Notes: a model not told the origin generated them from the sequence alone. Positions 10,366 to 20,663 are shown, counted from the stretch's first letter. The stretch: DNA of 64,000 nucleotides from Promethearchaeota archaeon (GCA_019058295.1 JAHPZI010000019.1:13005-77004); one strand, 5' to 3'. Program-made: numbers and translations.

Positions 10366-10411
10366 TATTTTTTTCTCATTTCTCTATTAACATTAACCTT
10401 TCAAATTGTTC
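10366..10411. repeat. Direct repeat copy B: intact sulfatase 3' end and downstream T-tract
   Basis: Matches 9415-9460. Confidence 0.9.
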
Positions 10412-11995
10412 AGGGGGACAGCCTTCCTTCTTTAATATATCTCTCATTTTTTGAATCATATTCTGTTCCAGTTCTTTATAATCTTCGTTATCTGCAAGAT
10501 TATTCTGGAAATTAGGATCTTCTTTGCGATTGAATAAGTAATTTTGTTTTTGCCCCTTACTATCTACCATTGAAGATAAAAAAACTGATGGGATAGGGAT
10601 CTTCCATTGGGGGAAAACCACACCTGGAATGAAAAATCCAGTATCAACTTGTTTTGCTAATTGGGCAACCATATTTTCTGCCACTTCATATTTGATCTTA
10701 ACTCCAAGAACTTCACCTAAATTACTTATAACGCTAGGAGACATGAACATAGAAAAGCTTGAAGAATACCAATGAAGAGGTTTTTTAGCATTAAAACCAC
10801 GGATATAAGTTGTATCCCATGTAGTTAGATGACAGCCAGTTCCGAATATTCCATATAATATATAATCTCTAATTGATTTCTCATCTCCACTCAAAACAGG
10901 TAATAAAGATTTTCCATCAACCATAGCAGAATCGTCTTTTTCCGCACCTAAGGCATGTAAAATAGTAGCTCGAAGGTCCACAATTGTAGAAAAAGTTGAT
11001 GATATTCTTTTCTTTCCATCCATTTCAGGATGATAAATAATTAAAGGAATATTACCTACATCTTCAAAAATGGGATGACCTTTTGCAAATTGTTTGATCT
11101 TTTTCTCTGGCTCAGCAAGTGCATGTCCATGATCAGCTGTAAGTATTACCATTGTATTTTCCCAGAGATTATATTGATCCATTTTATCCCATAAGTTACC
11201 TAACCATCTATCTACCATGGTAACTTTTCCTTTATATTGGTTCCTTATAAAATCTAATTCTTCGTTTGAAGTATTCTTCATAAATTTAGTTAAAGTTTTT
11301 CTGTCTTGGTAAGGAGGCCAGCAAGTGAAATCTTCATTATATGGACCATACATAGATCGATATGGCTCAGGAACATAGAAAGGCTCGTGAGGATCAAAAC
11401 TTTCGATATGAAGAAAGAATTTTTCATGAGAATGATTTTTATCCAACCAATCACAAGCAGATTGCATTATTTTCGGTCCATGAAAGTCTTCTTCCCCCTT
11501 ATAATGTTTTACATTTCTATAATACTGGAGAGCTCCTGTTTTTGAAGACCTCCATTTTAATATAGATTTTACCCAACCGGGGTAATTTACTTCATCTTCT
11601 AAAGGTTCAGTACTTGCTGTGTCCATCTCATGTCCTCTAATGAGATCAGTATACATATAATTCTCATGATATCCATGAACTAAGCCTGCTTGTTCCCAAT
11701 AATGGTAGTGATCAGTAATTAAAGCCGTTACAGCTCCTAGCTTTCTTGCTTCTAAGGGTAATGGGCGATCAAAGGGCTCCATACTTCCCCAAAACCTCCA
11801 GAGAAATTCATTTTTCCTTCCAGAAAAAAGCTCTCTACGGGCAGGCATGCAGGGTGCGGAGCATAGAAAATGATTCTCAAATACCACCCCTTTATCAGCA
11901 AGTTTTTGCATATTTTTAGTATCCACTTGCTGATTGCCATAAGGCTCAATATAAGACTTGTTTAAACTATCAAAAAGAATAAAAATAACATTCAT
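10376..11995 (-). CDS. Cys-type sulfatase
   Basis: CxPxR (CMPARR), FDPHEPF and TADHG motifs. Confidence 0.9.
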   Translation of the reverse strand: MNVIFILFDSLNKSYIEPYGNQQVDTKNMQKLADKGVVFENHFLCSAPCMPARRELFSGRKNEFLWRFWGSMEPFDRPLPLEARKLGAVTALITDHYHYWEQAGLVHGYHENYMYTDLIRGHEMDTASTEPLEDEVNYPGWVKSILKWRSSKTGALQYYRNVKHYKGEEDFHGPKIMQSACDWLDKNHSHEKFFLHIESFDPHEPFYVPEPYRSMYGPYNEDFTCWPPYQDRKTLTKFMKNTSNEELDFIRNQYKGKVTMVDRWLGNLWDKMDQYNLWENTMVILTADHGHALAEPEKKIKQFAKGHPIFEDVGNIPLIIYHPEMDGKKRISSTFSTIVDLRATILHALGAEKDDSAMVDGKSLLPVLSGDEKSIRDYILYGIFGTGCHLTTWDTTYIRGFNAKKPLHWYSSSFSMFMSPSVISNLGEVLGVKIKYEVAENMVAQLAKQVDTGFFIPGVVFPQWKIPIPSVFLSSMVDSKGQKQNYLFNRKEDPNFQNNLADNEDYKELEQNMIQKMRDILKKEGCPPEQFERLMLIEK

Positions 11996-12098
11996 AGTTA
12001 TATCTGATATTTTGAATTATTTAAGTCTTTAAAATTACTTAGAAAATATATTTATTACATTTATTTAAATTAAGAAGAACTCCTTTTTTTTCATTTAT

Positions 12099-12932
12099 TT
12101 ATAAGAATTTTTGGATAAATTCTATACTTTGTGTCAAATCTTCAGCAGAAGATAGTTCCACGATTAATGGGCCTTTATAGTTGTACTCCTTTACTATCTT
12201 AAATATTTCGTCAAAATTAATTTCTCCTGAGCCTAAAGCAGGATGACTATCCTTTTCTTTATCATTATTATCGACTAAATGAATATTTTTGATGATTTTA
12301 CTGAGTTTCTCCCATAGATAACTAACATCCAAATCGTTTGTCCATCCGTGTGAAGTGTCATAACATAAGAAAAGATCGTTTCTATTTACAGCAGAAAAGA
12401 ATTTTTCAATTTCTTTTTCTTTTAATAACATTAAGACATTTTTAGGCATATTTTCCATACAAACCATAACATCTAAATCAGTTACAGCATCTAGAAGTTT
12501 ATTTACTGCTTTTATTAATTGGTTTGTATTGGAATTCTTAATAGAATTTATTAGGAAGTTGGCGACTCCTGGATGAATAACCATGATTTGAGCATCAATT
12601 TCTTGGCATATTTCTGCGGTTTCTATATAAAATTCTACGGACGCTTGAGAGATTTTATTGTTGTGAGAACACATACCCATATCTATAAAAGGTCCGTGCA
12701 CTTGTTTTTTAATATTTGAAAATGAATTACACATGTCGATAAACTTTTGTCTTTTTTCACTCGTTAAAATTTCTGGAGGATCTAAGACAATTTCACATAT
12801 CTTATTATCGTTTTCTTCAGCAAATTTAAAACAGGATTCAGTAGCATCAAACAGTAAATTATATAAATTTTTAAATTTTCCTGACAACCCCAGATCTACA
12901 AGAAAACCAAGAGAACTGATACCTAATTCCAT
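12099..12932 (-). CDS. Sugar phosphate isomerase/epimerase (AP endonuclease 2 TIM barrel)
   Basis: HGPF, HPG, ENMP, DTSH, HLVDN and H..LGSG..F motifs. Confidence 0.85.
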   Translation of the reverse strand: MELGISSLGFLVDLGLSGKFKNLYNLLFDATESCFKFAEENDNKICEIVLDPPEILTSEKRQKFIDMCNSFSNIKKQVHGPFIDMGMCSHNNKISQASVEFYIETAEICQEIDAQIMVIHPGVANFLINSIKNSNTNQLIKAVNKLLDAVTDLDVMVCMENMPKNVLMLLKEKEIEKFFSAVNRNDLFLCYDTSHGWTNDLDVSYLWEKLSKIIKNIHLVDNNDKEKDSHPALGSGEINFDEIFKIVKEYNYKGPLIVELSSAEDLTQSIEFIQKFL

Positions 12933-12952
12933 TAATATCAACACGTATTTTT

Positions 12953-13624
12953 TTATTTCAGCATTTTCCGTGGATAATTCGCAAAAAGGCTATTAAATAA
13001 TTTCTTAAATCTATCACATTGATCTTCTGGAATAATTTTTGGGTCCCCAACTTGTAAAGCTCCCCAATACACTTTTGCAAGTTTTTCAATTAATTCCGCA
13101 AATTTGACAGCATGTTCCACTGACTTTCCGCAAACAATTACTCCATGATTCGCTATAAGAGCGCCATTTTTTATTCCCAATGCTTTAAGTGCTGATTGAC
13201 CAATCTTTTCTGTATGCGCTTCCCCTGGAGGAGATATATCAACGGCCCCACCTAGGAATGCCACTTGTTCTTCCATTATTATAGGAATACTCATTTGATT
13301 AACTGAAAGCATTGTAGCATAGGTTGAATGAGTATGTATGACTGAGTGAACCTTTGGACGCGATTCGTAAATCATTGTATGCATTATTGCCTCTGTAGAT
13401 GGCAACTTACCTTTACTTAAAGGAGTTCCATCAAATTTCATGTGGACAACTTGATCTTCTGTTAAAATTTCGTAATTATTAAACGAAGGAGTTATAAAGA
13501 ACTCTTCTTTTTTTCCGTTTCTTACACTTACATTCCCTTCTCCAAAATCAACTAATCCTTTATTAAAGATGGCTTTAGCTCCTTTAACAACTTCAGCCCG
13601 ATATAGTACTTCTTTTTCTGCCAT
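12953..13624 (-). CDS. Class II aldolase (L-fuculose-phosphate aldolase-like)
   Basis: GNVS, TPS, PSTE..H, HTHS and NHG motifs. Confidence 0.9.
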   Translation of the reverse strand: MAEKEVLYRAEVVKGAKAIFNKGLVDFGEGNVSVRNGKKEEFFITPSFNNYEILTEDQVVHMKFDGTPLSKGKLPSTEAIMHTMIYESRPKVHSVIHTHSTYATMLSVNQMSIPIIMEEQVAFLGGAVDISPPGEAHTEKIGQSALKALGIKNGALIANHGVIVCGKSVEHAVKFAELIEKLAKVYWGALQVGDPKIIPEDQCDRFKKLFNSLFANYPRKMLK

Positions 13625-13715
13625 AAGATAATAAATTAAGAATTCGTTAAAAAGATAAGTAGGCTCGTTTAAATTTTAATGGTACATAAAAAATTTAATA
13701 TTTACTATATAGAAA

Positions 13716-14642
13716 TTATATTGAAAAGAAATTAATTCTGATAAAATCTGCTACTTCATCGTGGAGTAGCCCATTTGTACCAATGATGCCAGGGGATCTT
13801 AAAATACATTTGTTATCTTTAAATGTTAAGCGTTCCTCGTCAAGATCCGTCACTATTCCACCAGCTTCTCGTACTAATAAATCTCCTGGGGAATAATCCC
13901 ATGAAGATGCCTCATATCCCATAATTGGTTTAACATATATATCACAGCTTCCATCTGCTACCATACAAAATTTTGCCATGCTATCTAACTGAATCCGGTC
14001 TTTTATACCTATTTTTTCTGCAAATTGCACAACCCAAGGCATATCATAATGCAATGAATGACACATACGTGCTTTTTTAATATCTTTTTGAGTACTTACA
14101 TGAATAGGCTTAAAATCAGCTCCTCCATAGGAAGCCTTTGCTCCGTGAAGTAATTCAGCACTAAAGATTGCTAAACCTCTGTCATCATAATCAGGAACAG
14201 CTATGGCACAGATTTTTGGTATTGATTTTTCCATTAAACAAATCCCCAAAGCATATGATAGACCTTCTTGAAAACCTCGGGTTCCATCGATTGGATCAAT
14301 AGTCCAAATGCGATTACTACTTTTTCCCCGATAATTTAAAATTTCTTTCACTTCTGCTACATTATGAATATTTAAATCACGAAAACAATCTCTAATAACT
14401 TTTATTCCTTTATCATCAATTAAAGAGATAGCGTCTTCTTCTGCAATAATTTGATCCTTTGGGTATAATTCTTTTAATTTTGTTATTATATAGATTTGTG
14501 AGGCAAAATCGGCAATGGTTACAGGACTTGAGTCGTTTTTCTCAAAGATTTCAAACCCAGTTTTTCTAAACCATTCTGTGATTTCAGATGCTTTTTTTAT
14601 TATCTCTGTTCCTAATTCTAAATCCTTTTTATAATCTGACAT
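13716..14642 (-). CDS. Inositol monophosphatase family, 3'(2'),5'-bisphosphate nucleotidase-like (HAL2/CysQ)
   Basis: SPVTIAD, AEE, IDPIDGT and WD motifs. Confidence 0.85.
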   Translation of the reverse strand: MSDYKKDLELGTEIIKKASEITEWFRKTGFEIFEKNDSSPVTIADFASQIYIITKLKELYPKDQIIAEEDAISLIDDKGIKVIRDCFRDLNIHNVAEVKEILNYRGKSSNRIWTIDPIDGTRGFQEGLSYALGICLMEKSIPKICAIAVPDYDDRGLAIFSAELLHGAKASYGGADFKPIHVSTQKDIKKARMCHSLHYDMPWVVQFAEKIGIKDRIQLDSMAKFCMVADGSCDIYVKPIMGYEASSWDYSPGDLLVREAGGIVTDLDEERLTFKDNKCILRSPGIIGTNGLLHDEVADFIRINFFSI

Positions 14643-14705
14643 TCACAAATATTCCTAATATTTTCAATATAAAATATAAATCATTAAAAGAATTTAATTA
14701 TAATT

Positions 14706-15281
14706 ATGATTTCAAGAATTGATCATATATCCTTAGCAGTTAGAGATTTTGATAAAGCCTATAAATTTTTTACCAAGATTTTAGGCGCCACTAAAGCGTC
14801 GCATGCACGTGATAAGTATTTAAAATATTACTGGGAGATTTTAAGATTGGGAGATCTTTCAAGAATTGAACTATTAAAACCTCTTGGTGAAGGTAGCTTT
14901 CTAAGTAATTTTTTAAAGAAAAGAGAGGGAGTACATCATATAAACCTAGAGACTCCCGATATCGAGAGGACAAGAAAAATGCTAGAGGATAATAAAGTTC
15001 CATATTTTGGTTTTAAAAATTATGGTGAAGCTTGGAAAGAGCTTTTTATCCATCCCAGAGACGCATTTGGTGTATTAATCCAAATCGCAGAATTTAGGCC
15101 TGATGATTGGCTTGCTCCTGCAGACATAATGGAGAAAGGGAGAAAATGGATGGTATCTAAAAAAGATAATAAATATGAACTTTCTTTTAAACATCCAGGA
15201 GGAGGAAAGGTAAATTTTGATATGGATAAAGAAGAGATTAACAAGTTAATTAATGATCTTAAAAATTTAATTGATGTCTAA
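14706..15281 (+). CDS. VOC family protein, methylmalonyl-CoA epimerase-like, with C-terminal extension
   Basis: IDHISLAV, IELL, EGVHHI and FIHP...GVLIQ motifs. Confidence 0.8.
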   Translation: MISRIDHISLAVRDFDKAYKFFTKILGATKASHARDKYLKYYWEILRLGDLSRIELLKPLGEGSFLSNFLKKREGVHHINLETPDIERTRKMLEDNKVPYFGFKNYGEAWKELFIHPRDAFGVLIQIAEFRPDDWLAPADIMEKGRKWMVSKKDNKYELSFKHPGGGKVNFDMDKEEINKLINDLKNLIDV

Positions 15282-17270
15282 AATTTTTTTTATTTCAAAC
15301 AAATAAGGTTTAAATTTGGTATCCTCAGAGTTGTAAACCTTTAAAAGCCATAAAAGGGTATAAATTTCAATTTTTTTCTCAAATTTTTTATCTATTGTAT
15401 GGTTCCAATATCGAGCATAGCTATCGAAAAATGCTTCCTTTAACTTTATTTCTCCCAATGGCTTTAAAGTTTGAAGATTAAATTTTACAAAATCCAGAGC
15501 ACGTACCCCAATCCGCCAATCATCGAAATCTATTAATCCATTTATTCGAATAATTCCTGCTTCATCTTTTACGATTATGTTTTGGGATTGATAATCGTTA
15601 TGTACTACCACAGCTTCGGTTTCCTCTTCAATTAGCGCCATATTATCCATAAAATAATCGTCAATTTCTTTAATATTTTCCAATTTACTCTTTTTCGCCT
15701 CTTGAATCTCATATTCTAATTCTGCGTTAATTATCTCAAACCAAGTTTTTTTTCTTTTAGATCCTATATCAATAATTTTTTCATAGAACGAATCGAATTT
15801 AATTTCGTGTAATTTAGCTAAAATTTCGCCTAAATTACTAAATAAATTTAAAAATTTTGTGGTTGTTAAGCTGTGATTTTCTTCTAAATATTGCTTTATT
15901 ATCTGATTCATTGGTTTTCCATGTATATAATCAATTATCGTGAATATATAAGGGATATTTTGTTTAGTTTCATCATAGTAAATCAAATTGCCTATAGGAA
16001 CTTTAGGTGGTTTTTGTTTATTAAAAATATAACTTCCTTTTCGTGATTTTATAATTTCATCAATTTTTTTGAAAAAGCTAGGATTAAGATCTCCTAAAAA
16101 GGGAAATAATAGTTTTTCCTTTACTATATTCTCATACGGGAATGATTCTGAAGTACGAAATCTGAAAATAAATTGTGAATCTTCGAAATTTACTCTATAA
16201 TTTGTATTAAAAGTACCATGAAGTGGACCTGTAATCTTTTTAATTTTACCCTGTTCATTTAAAATTGGAATATCTGAAAATAGTTTAATAACTTCGTCTA
16301 ATCTATAGATTTCTTCTTTATTTATAGAAATTAATTGATATATATACTTTTGATTTATCAAATAATTGACAGTTGCTTCAATTACATCTTTACTTGTTTT
16401 ATCAAGGTCAATTTGGAAATTGGTTAAATTAATGGATAGTAAATCCCTATATAAATAAAGAAAAGCGTATTTTAATCCAAGAAATCTTTGTCCTTTTTCA
16501 AATTTAAAATAAATTTTATCTCTAATATCATCTAATATCTCTTGTATTTGAATTATTTCTAAAACATTATCCTCGAGTGCCGCTTTAAATAATTTTGAAC
16601 ATAAATTTACTAAATTGCTTACACTAGATACAATCCCAGAATATTTTCGCTTACCTTTTGGAATTAATTGAAGAAATGTAGAAAATTTAGTAGGATTACT
16701 GCATAAAACTGAAAAATTATCATTTAAAAGATTAATATTAGCTTTATAAAAATTAATTTTATCAGACGCATCAATTATGCCTTTAAGATTTGGAAATTTT
16801 ACTAAATCACTCAATACCTCGGGTTCAATTTCGTTGCCAGCAAACTGAACGGGATTATTATATAAAAAAATAGGATTATCAAGTGTTAAAGAACTTAAAA
16901 TATTTTCAAAATATGATTTTAACTCACTGGATAATTTTTTTTCTGAGAATTGTGGTGCTATGATAAAATTAAGGTTATTGAATTTCCCTCCTAAATCTTC
17001 AATTTGATCAATAATATCTTCTAATTTACTTCCGCTAACAGCAAATATGACCGGAATTTTTTCATCTGTAATTTTATATGCTTTCTTAATGAGGTTTTTT
17101 TGTTTATCAATATTATCTACAAAATTCTCCTCCATATTAAAAATTAAGATAGCATTGGCTCCATTTAAGAACTGGTGCTGAAATAAAAATGATGTTAGTT
17201 GAATATCTATTTGTGAGTTTTCATCAAAGAATATGATTGAAGGGACAATAACACCATTTATCTGTGACAT
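15267..17270 (-). CDS. Fusion of a DHDPS/NAL-like barrel (degenerate) and an APH/choline-kinase-like phosphotransferase
   Basis: N-terminal LYNNP..AG, PNLKGIIDAS and SNLV; C-terminal HNDYQSQN and IDFDD. Confidence 0.8.
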   Translation of the reverse strand: MSQINGVIVPSIIFFDENSQIDIQLTSFLFQHQFLNGANAILIFNMEENFVDNIDKQKNLIKKAYKITDEKIPVIFAVSGSKLEDIIDQIEDLGGKFNNLNFIIAPQFSEKKLSSELKSYFENILSSLTLDNPIFLYNNPVQFAGNEIEPEVLSDLVKFPNLKGIIDASDKINFYKANINLLNDNFSVLCSNPTKFSTFLQLIPKGKRKYSGIVSSVSNLVNLCSKLFKAALEDNVLEIIQIQEILDDIRDKIYFKFEKGQRFLGLKYAFLYLYRDLLSINLTNFQIDLDKTSKDVIEATVNYLINQKYIYQLISINKEEIYRLDEVIKLFSDIPILNEQGKIKKITGPLHGTFNTNYRVNFEDSQFIFRFRTSESFPYENIVKEKLLFPFLGDLNPSFFKKIDEIIKSRKGSYIFNKQKPPKVPIGNLIYYDETKQNIPYIFTIIDYIHGKPMNQIIKQYLEENHSLTTTKFLNLFSNLGEILAKLHEIKFDSFYEKIIDIGSKRKKTWFEIINAELEYEIQEAKKSKLENIKEIDDYFMDNMALIEEETEAVVVHNDYQSQNIIVKDEAGIIRINGLIDFDDWRIGVRALDFVKFNLQTLKPLGEIKLKEAFFDSYARYWNHTIDKKFEKKIEIYTLLWLLKVYNSEDTKFKPYLFEIKKILDIN

Positions 17271-17485
17271 ATTAGTTTACTTCGTTATTTATAATAATAA
17301 AAAGTTAAATTAGATTTCTAATAAAATAGTAAGAATGAGATTTTATTTTCTGTGTAGTATTTTAGAATATTTTTAAATATTAATATTTTATTTTAAGACA
17401 ATTAACTATATAAACAAAATATTTGAATGTTTTATTAATAGAAATTAATTTAGATTGGATTAAATTTATATGAGGTGTATATTGA

Positions 17486-18202
17486 ATTTTTTGTAAAATT
17501 GAAGGAGTTGATATTCCTCTTGTTTCTACAGGAACTTCTCCTTTTCTGGGGGCTGGTCAGTTTGGAACTAATGCGCGCATTTACCGTAAGAAATTTATGA
17601 ACCATGTGGATGCTGTGTTAGAAATTTTAGAAGCGAGCTACAAAGCAGGAGGGCGAGGAATCGAAATTATAACTGCAGGTAAAATAAGTGAAGCTGCCAA
17701 AATAATGAAAGAAACGCATACTGATTTTGTAATTACAGGATCTACATTTCCTGGACCTGATCCAATGATAGAAAAACTAATTGAACTTGACACAAAAATA
17801 ATTTTTATCCATGGTATGGTGTCAGATAAAAAAGATACTAAACTTATGAAACTTGTTGAAGATGTTTCATCTCGAGGAGTCATACCGGGTATTGCTGCTC
17901 ATAATCCTGTTTCTACTTTAGAATATGCTCTTGAGAATTTACCAGATGTAAAGGTTTTTCTAATTCCATTTAATAAAAGAGGAATGTTAATGGGCAATAA
18001 AAGGAAATTAGAAGAGATTGTTGACAATGCTAAAAATTGCTCGTTTGTAGGTATGAAAACTCTCGCTGCAGGGAAATTGGATCCAAAAAAAGCATACGAA
18101 TACATCTCAAAACATAATATTTGTGCTGTTGCTATCGGAATGGTTGCAACAGAAGAAGCCGAGATATCAACAAAAGTAGCTTTGGAAGCATTAAGTAAAT
18201 AA
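17486..18202 (+). CDS. Conserved hypothetical protein, probable aldo/keto-reductase-like TIM barrel; start uncertain
   Basis: Frame is open upstream of ATG 17597 (IFCKIEGVDIPLVSTGTSPFLGAGQFG); GMKTLAAG motif. Confidence 0.7.
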   Translation: MFCKIEGVDIPLVSTGTSPFLGAGQFGTNARIYRKKFMNHVDAVLEILEASYKAGGRGIEIITAGKISEAAKIMKETHTDFVITGSTFPGPDPMIEKLIELDTKIIFIHGMVSDKKDTKLMKLVEDVSSRGVIPGIAAHNPVSTLEYALENLPDVKVFLIPFNKRGMLMGNKRKLEEIVDNAKNCSFVGMKTLAAGKLDPKKAYEYISKHNICAVAIGMVATEEAEISTKVALEALSK

Positions 18203-18305
18203 CCAAATTTATCTTAATAAAAATAAAAACATAAAATAGTGATTTTATAGAAAAGAAGAAAATTAGGAGTTCCCCCTTACCTGATACTGGTGCCTAATGT
18301 TATAG
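18110..18305. repeat. Direct repeat copy A (about 195 bp): intact upstream gene end plus decayed flavin reductase 5' end
   Basis: Collinear with 19957-20151 at an offset of 1847. Confidence 0.9.
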
Positions 18306-18344
18306 ATTTCGAAAATCCAAAGTCAGTTTCAATTGGAGTTAAGA

Positions 18345-19817
18345 TTAAGGATTACAGTGAATCGAAGGTTTTCGATCAATCCAGGGTCTTTCTTGCTCTA
18401 ATTGAGCTGCTAAACGGAAAAGAGTGGCTTCATTACCAAAACGAGCTGCGAATTGAAGGCCTATTGGTAAATTATCAGCATTCCAATATAATGGAACGGA
18501 CATGGCTGGTTGACCTGTTACATTAAAGATACTAGTAAAAGCACTCATTTGACTCATTAATTGGAAAGATTTACCTACATTCTCTGCTGTAAAAGATCCA
18601 ATCTTTACTGGAGGAATGGACATTGTCGGAGTAAGTAGTAAATCATATCCACCTTTATGAAACCATTGTGCTATTTGCCGTGAAAAGAGTTGGCATTCTT
18701 CTAATGCAAGTATATAATCAGAAGCAGTTCGTCTTACCGCATTTTTATAAAATAACCAAGTCAAAGGTTCCATTTGGTCTTCTGTAATCTTGGTCCCTAA
18801 TTCTTTTTCTATATATGTTAAACTCGAACCAGTAATGGAAATATACATAACACTAAAAGCCGTGAAAAGATTTGCATAACTTAATTCCTCTGGATTTACA
18901 TCTACAACATTATGTCCTAAACTTTCACATAGTTGAGCAACATCTTTTACTGCTTTCTCGCAATCTGGATGAACTTTAGTATTAGAACTCCACCCCTTAG
19001 GAACGGAAGTTAAATATCCAATTTTTAAACGCCCCACTTCATGATGAATTTCTTCTAAATAAGGGCGTTTTTTTGGTGGAGCATAATAAGGATCTCCTAT
19101 GTCTGGTCCTGATGTTGCATCCAATAATGCTGCTGAATCTCTTACTGTGCGAGTAAGTGCGTGTTCTGAAACTATTCCGCTACCAATATCACCATAACGT
19201 GGGCCGAGAGGATTTCGAGCGCGAGTAGGTTTCAGACCAAAAACTCCACAACAAGAAGCGGGGATACGAATTGAGCCCCCTCCATCGTTTCCATGAGCAA
19301 TTGGGACGATTCCAGCGGCTACAGCTGCAGCTGAACCACCACTCGAGCCTCCTGGTGTTATATTTAGATCCCAAGGGTTTCTTGTAGGTCCAAATAAGAC
19401 AGGTTCTGTAGTGGGAAGAATACCAAATTCAGGAGTATTAGTTTTACCAACAACAATTAATCCAGCAGCTTTATGACGTTTCACTAGCTCTGTATCCCAT
19501 TTTGAAACATTTCCTTTGAGGAGTTTAGCGCCTGAATAGTAAGGTGTTCCTTCATATTCCGCACAAATATCTTTTAAAAGGAATGGTATACCACTAAAAA
19601 GAGCATCAATTTTTTTACCTGTACTAATTTCCTTATCCCAATTTTCTGCATTTTTACGTGCCTCATCATACATTTTATAAATCACAGTATTGATTTTAGG
19701 ATTAACTCGCTCAATTCGCTCGATAGTCATCTCTACTAATTCGGATGGCTTAATTTCTCGTTCTCGGACCATTTCTCCTAAACGAATAGCGTCATATTCA
19801 ATTAATTCAGCTTTCAA
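18345..19817 (-). CDS. Amidase (amidase-signature family)
   Basis: [19 protein letters not shown] and [10 protein letters not shown] motifs. Confidence 0.95.
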   Translation of the reverse strand: MKAELIEYDAIRLGEMVREREIKPSELVEMTIERIERVNPKINTVIYKMYDEARKNAENWDKEISTGKKIDALFSGIPFLLKDICAEYEGTPYYSGAKLLKGNVSKWDTELVKRHKAAGLIVVGKTNTPEFGILPTTEPVLFGPTRNPWDLNITPGGSSGGSAAAVAAGIVPIAHGNDGGGSIRIPASCCGVFGLKPTRARNPLGPRYGDIGSGIVSEHALTRTVRDSAALLDATSGPDIGDPYYAPPKKRPYLEEIHHEVGRLKIGYLTSVPKGWSSNTKVHPDCEKAVKDVAQLCESLGHNVVDVNPEELSYANLFTAFSVMYISITGSSLTYIEKELGTKITEDQMEPLTWLFYKNAVRRTASDYILALEECQLFSRQIAQWFHKGGYDLLLTPTMSIPPVKIGSFTAENVGKSFQLMSQMSAFTSIFNVTGQPAMSVPLYWNADNLPIGLQFAARFGNEATLFRLAAQLEQERPWIDRKPSIHCNP

Positions 19818-19956
19818 ATTTTTTCACTTCTTTATTTTTAATTTTTAGTTGGATTAAATTTTTAATTGAATATTTAGAAAATAAGATATTAATACATATA
19901 TAAGCTTCTAATGAGAATAGTTCTATAGGTTTCTAATCAGAATATTATGTTTTGAT

Positions 19957-20151
19957 AAATATAATATTTTTGCTGTAATTATAGGAATAGTTGTAACAGA
20001 AGAAGCAGAAATATCAATAAAAATAGCTTTAAAAGCAATAAGTAAATAACTAATTTTATCTTAATAAAAATAAAAACAAAAAATAGTGATATTATGGAAA
20101 AAAAAAAAATTAAGGCTACCTGCTACCTGTTTCCGATGCCTACTGTTATAG
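19957..20151. repeat. Direct repeat copy B: decayed upstream gene end plus intact flavin reductase 5' end
   Basis: Matches 18110-18305. Confidence 0.9.
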
Positions 20152-20663
20152 CAGGTGCGAATGTGAATGGTAAACCAAATTTTGTAACAATTGCATTTTG
20201 TGGTAGTCTTCAATATAAACCCCCAATGTTAGTAATTTCTTCTGGTAAAAACCATTATACAAATATAGGCATAAGAGAAAATAATACTTTCAGTGTAAAT
20301 ATACCTTCTATAGAGATGGTTAAAGTTACTGATTATATAGGGACAATCTCTGGTAAACAAATAGACAAGTCAGTTTTATTTGATATTTTTTATGGAGAAT
20401 TAGAGAGCGCACCTATGATAAGCGAAGCACCAGTCAATTATGAGTGTAAGGTGGCAAAAATTATTAATCTTAATGGTACTAATGATATTATTATTGGAGA
20501 AATTGTACAAACCTACGTTAATGAAGATTGTACTACTAAAGGAAAACCAGATATTCAAAAAATACAACCAATTGTATTTTCTGGTTTTGATTCTAATTAT
20601 ATGAAGGTTGGAGATGTTCTAGCTCAAGCATATAAAATTGGTCGAGACTATAAAAAAGAGTAA
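20094..20663 (+). CDS. Flavin reductase-like (flavoredoxin) protein
   Basis: FPMP, GKPN, HYT..I, FSVNIP, AP.I.E and EC motifs. Confidence 0.9.
   Translation: MEKKKIKATCYLFPMPTVIAGANVNGKPNFVTIAFCGSLQYKPPMLVISSGKNHYTNIGIRENNTFSVNIPSIEMVKVTDYIGTISGKQIDKSVLFDIFYGELESAPMISEAPVNYECKVAKIINLNGTNDIIIGEIVQTYVNEDCTTKGKPDIQKIQPIVFSGFDSNYMKVGDVLAQAYKIGRDYKKE

Noticed and set aside
17471-17485. Selenocysteine readthrough of TGA 17483
   Set aside because: There is another in-frame TGA at 17471, no upstream start, and no recognisable SECIS
18290-18526. 78-aa plus-strand ORF
   Set aside because: It starts in the decayed flavin reductase duplicate and runs antisense into the amidase
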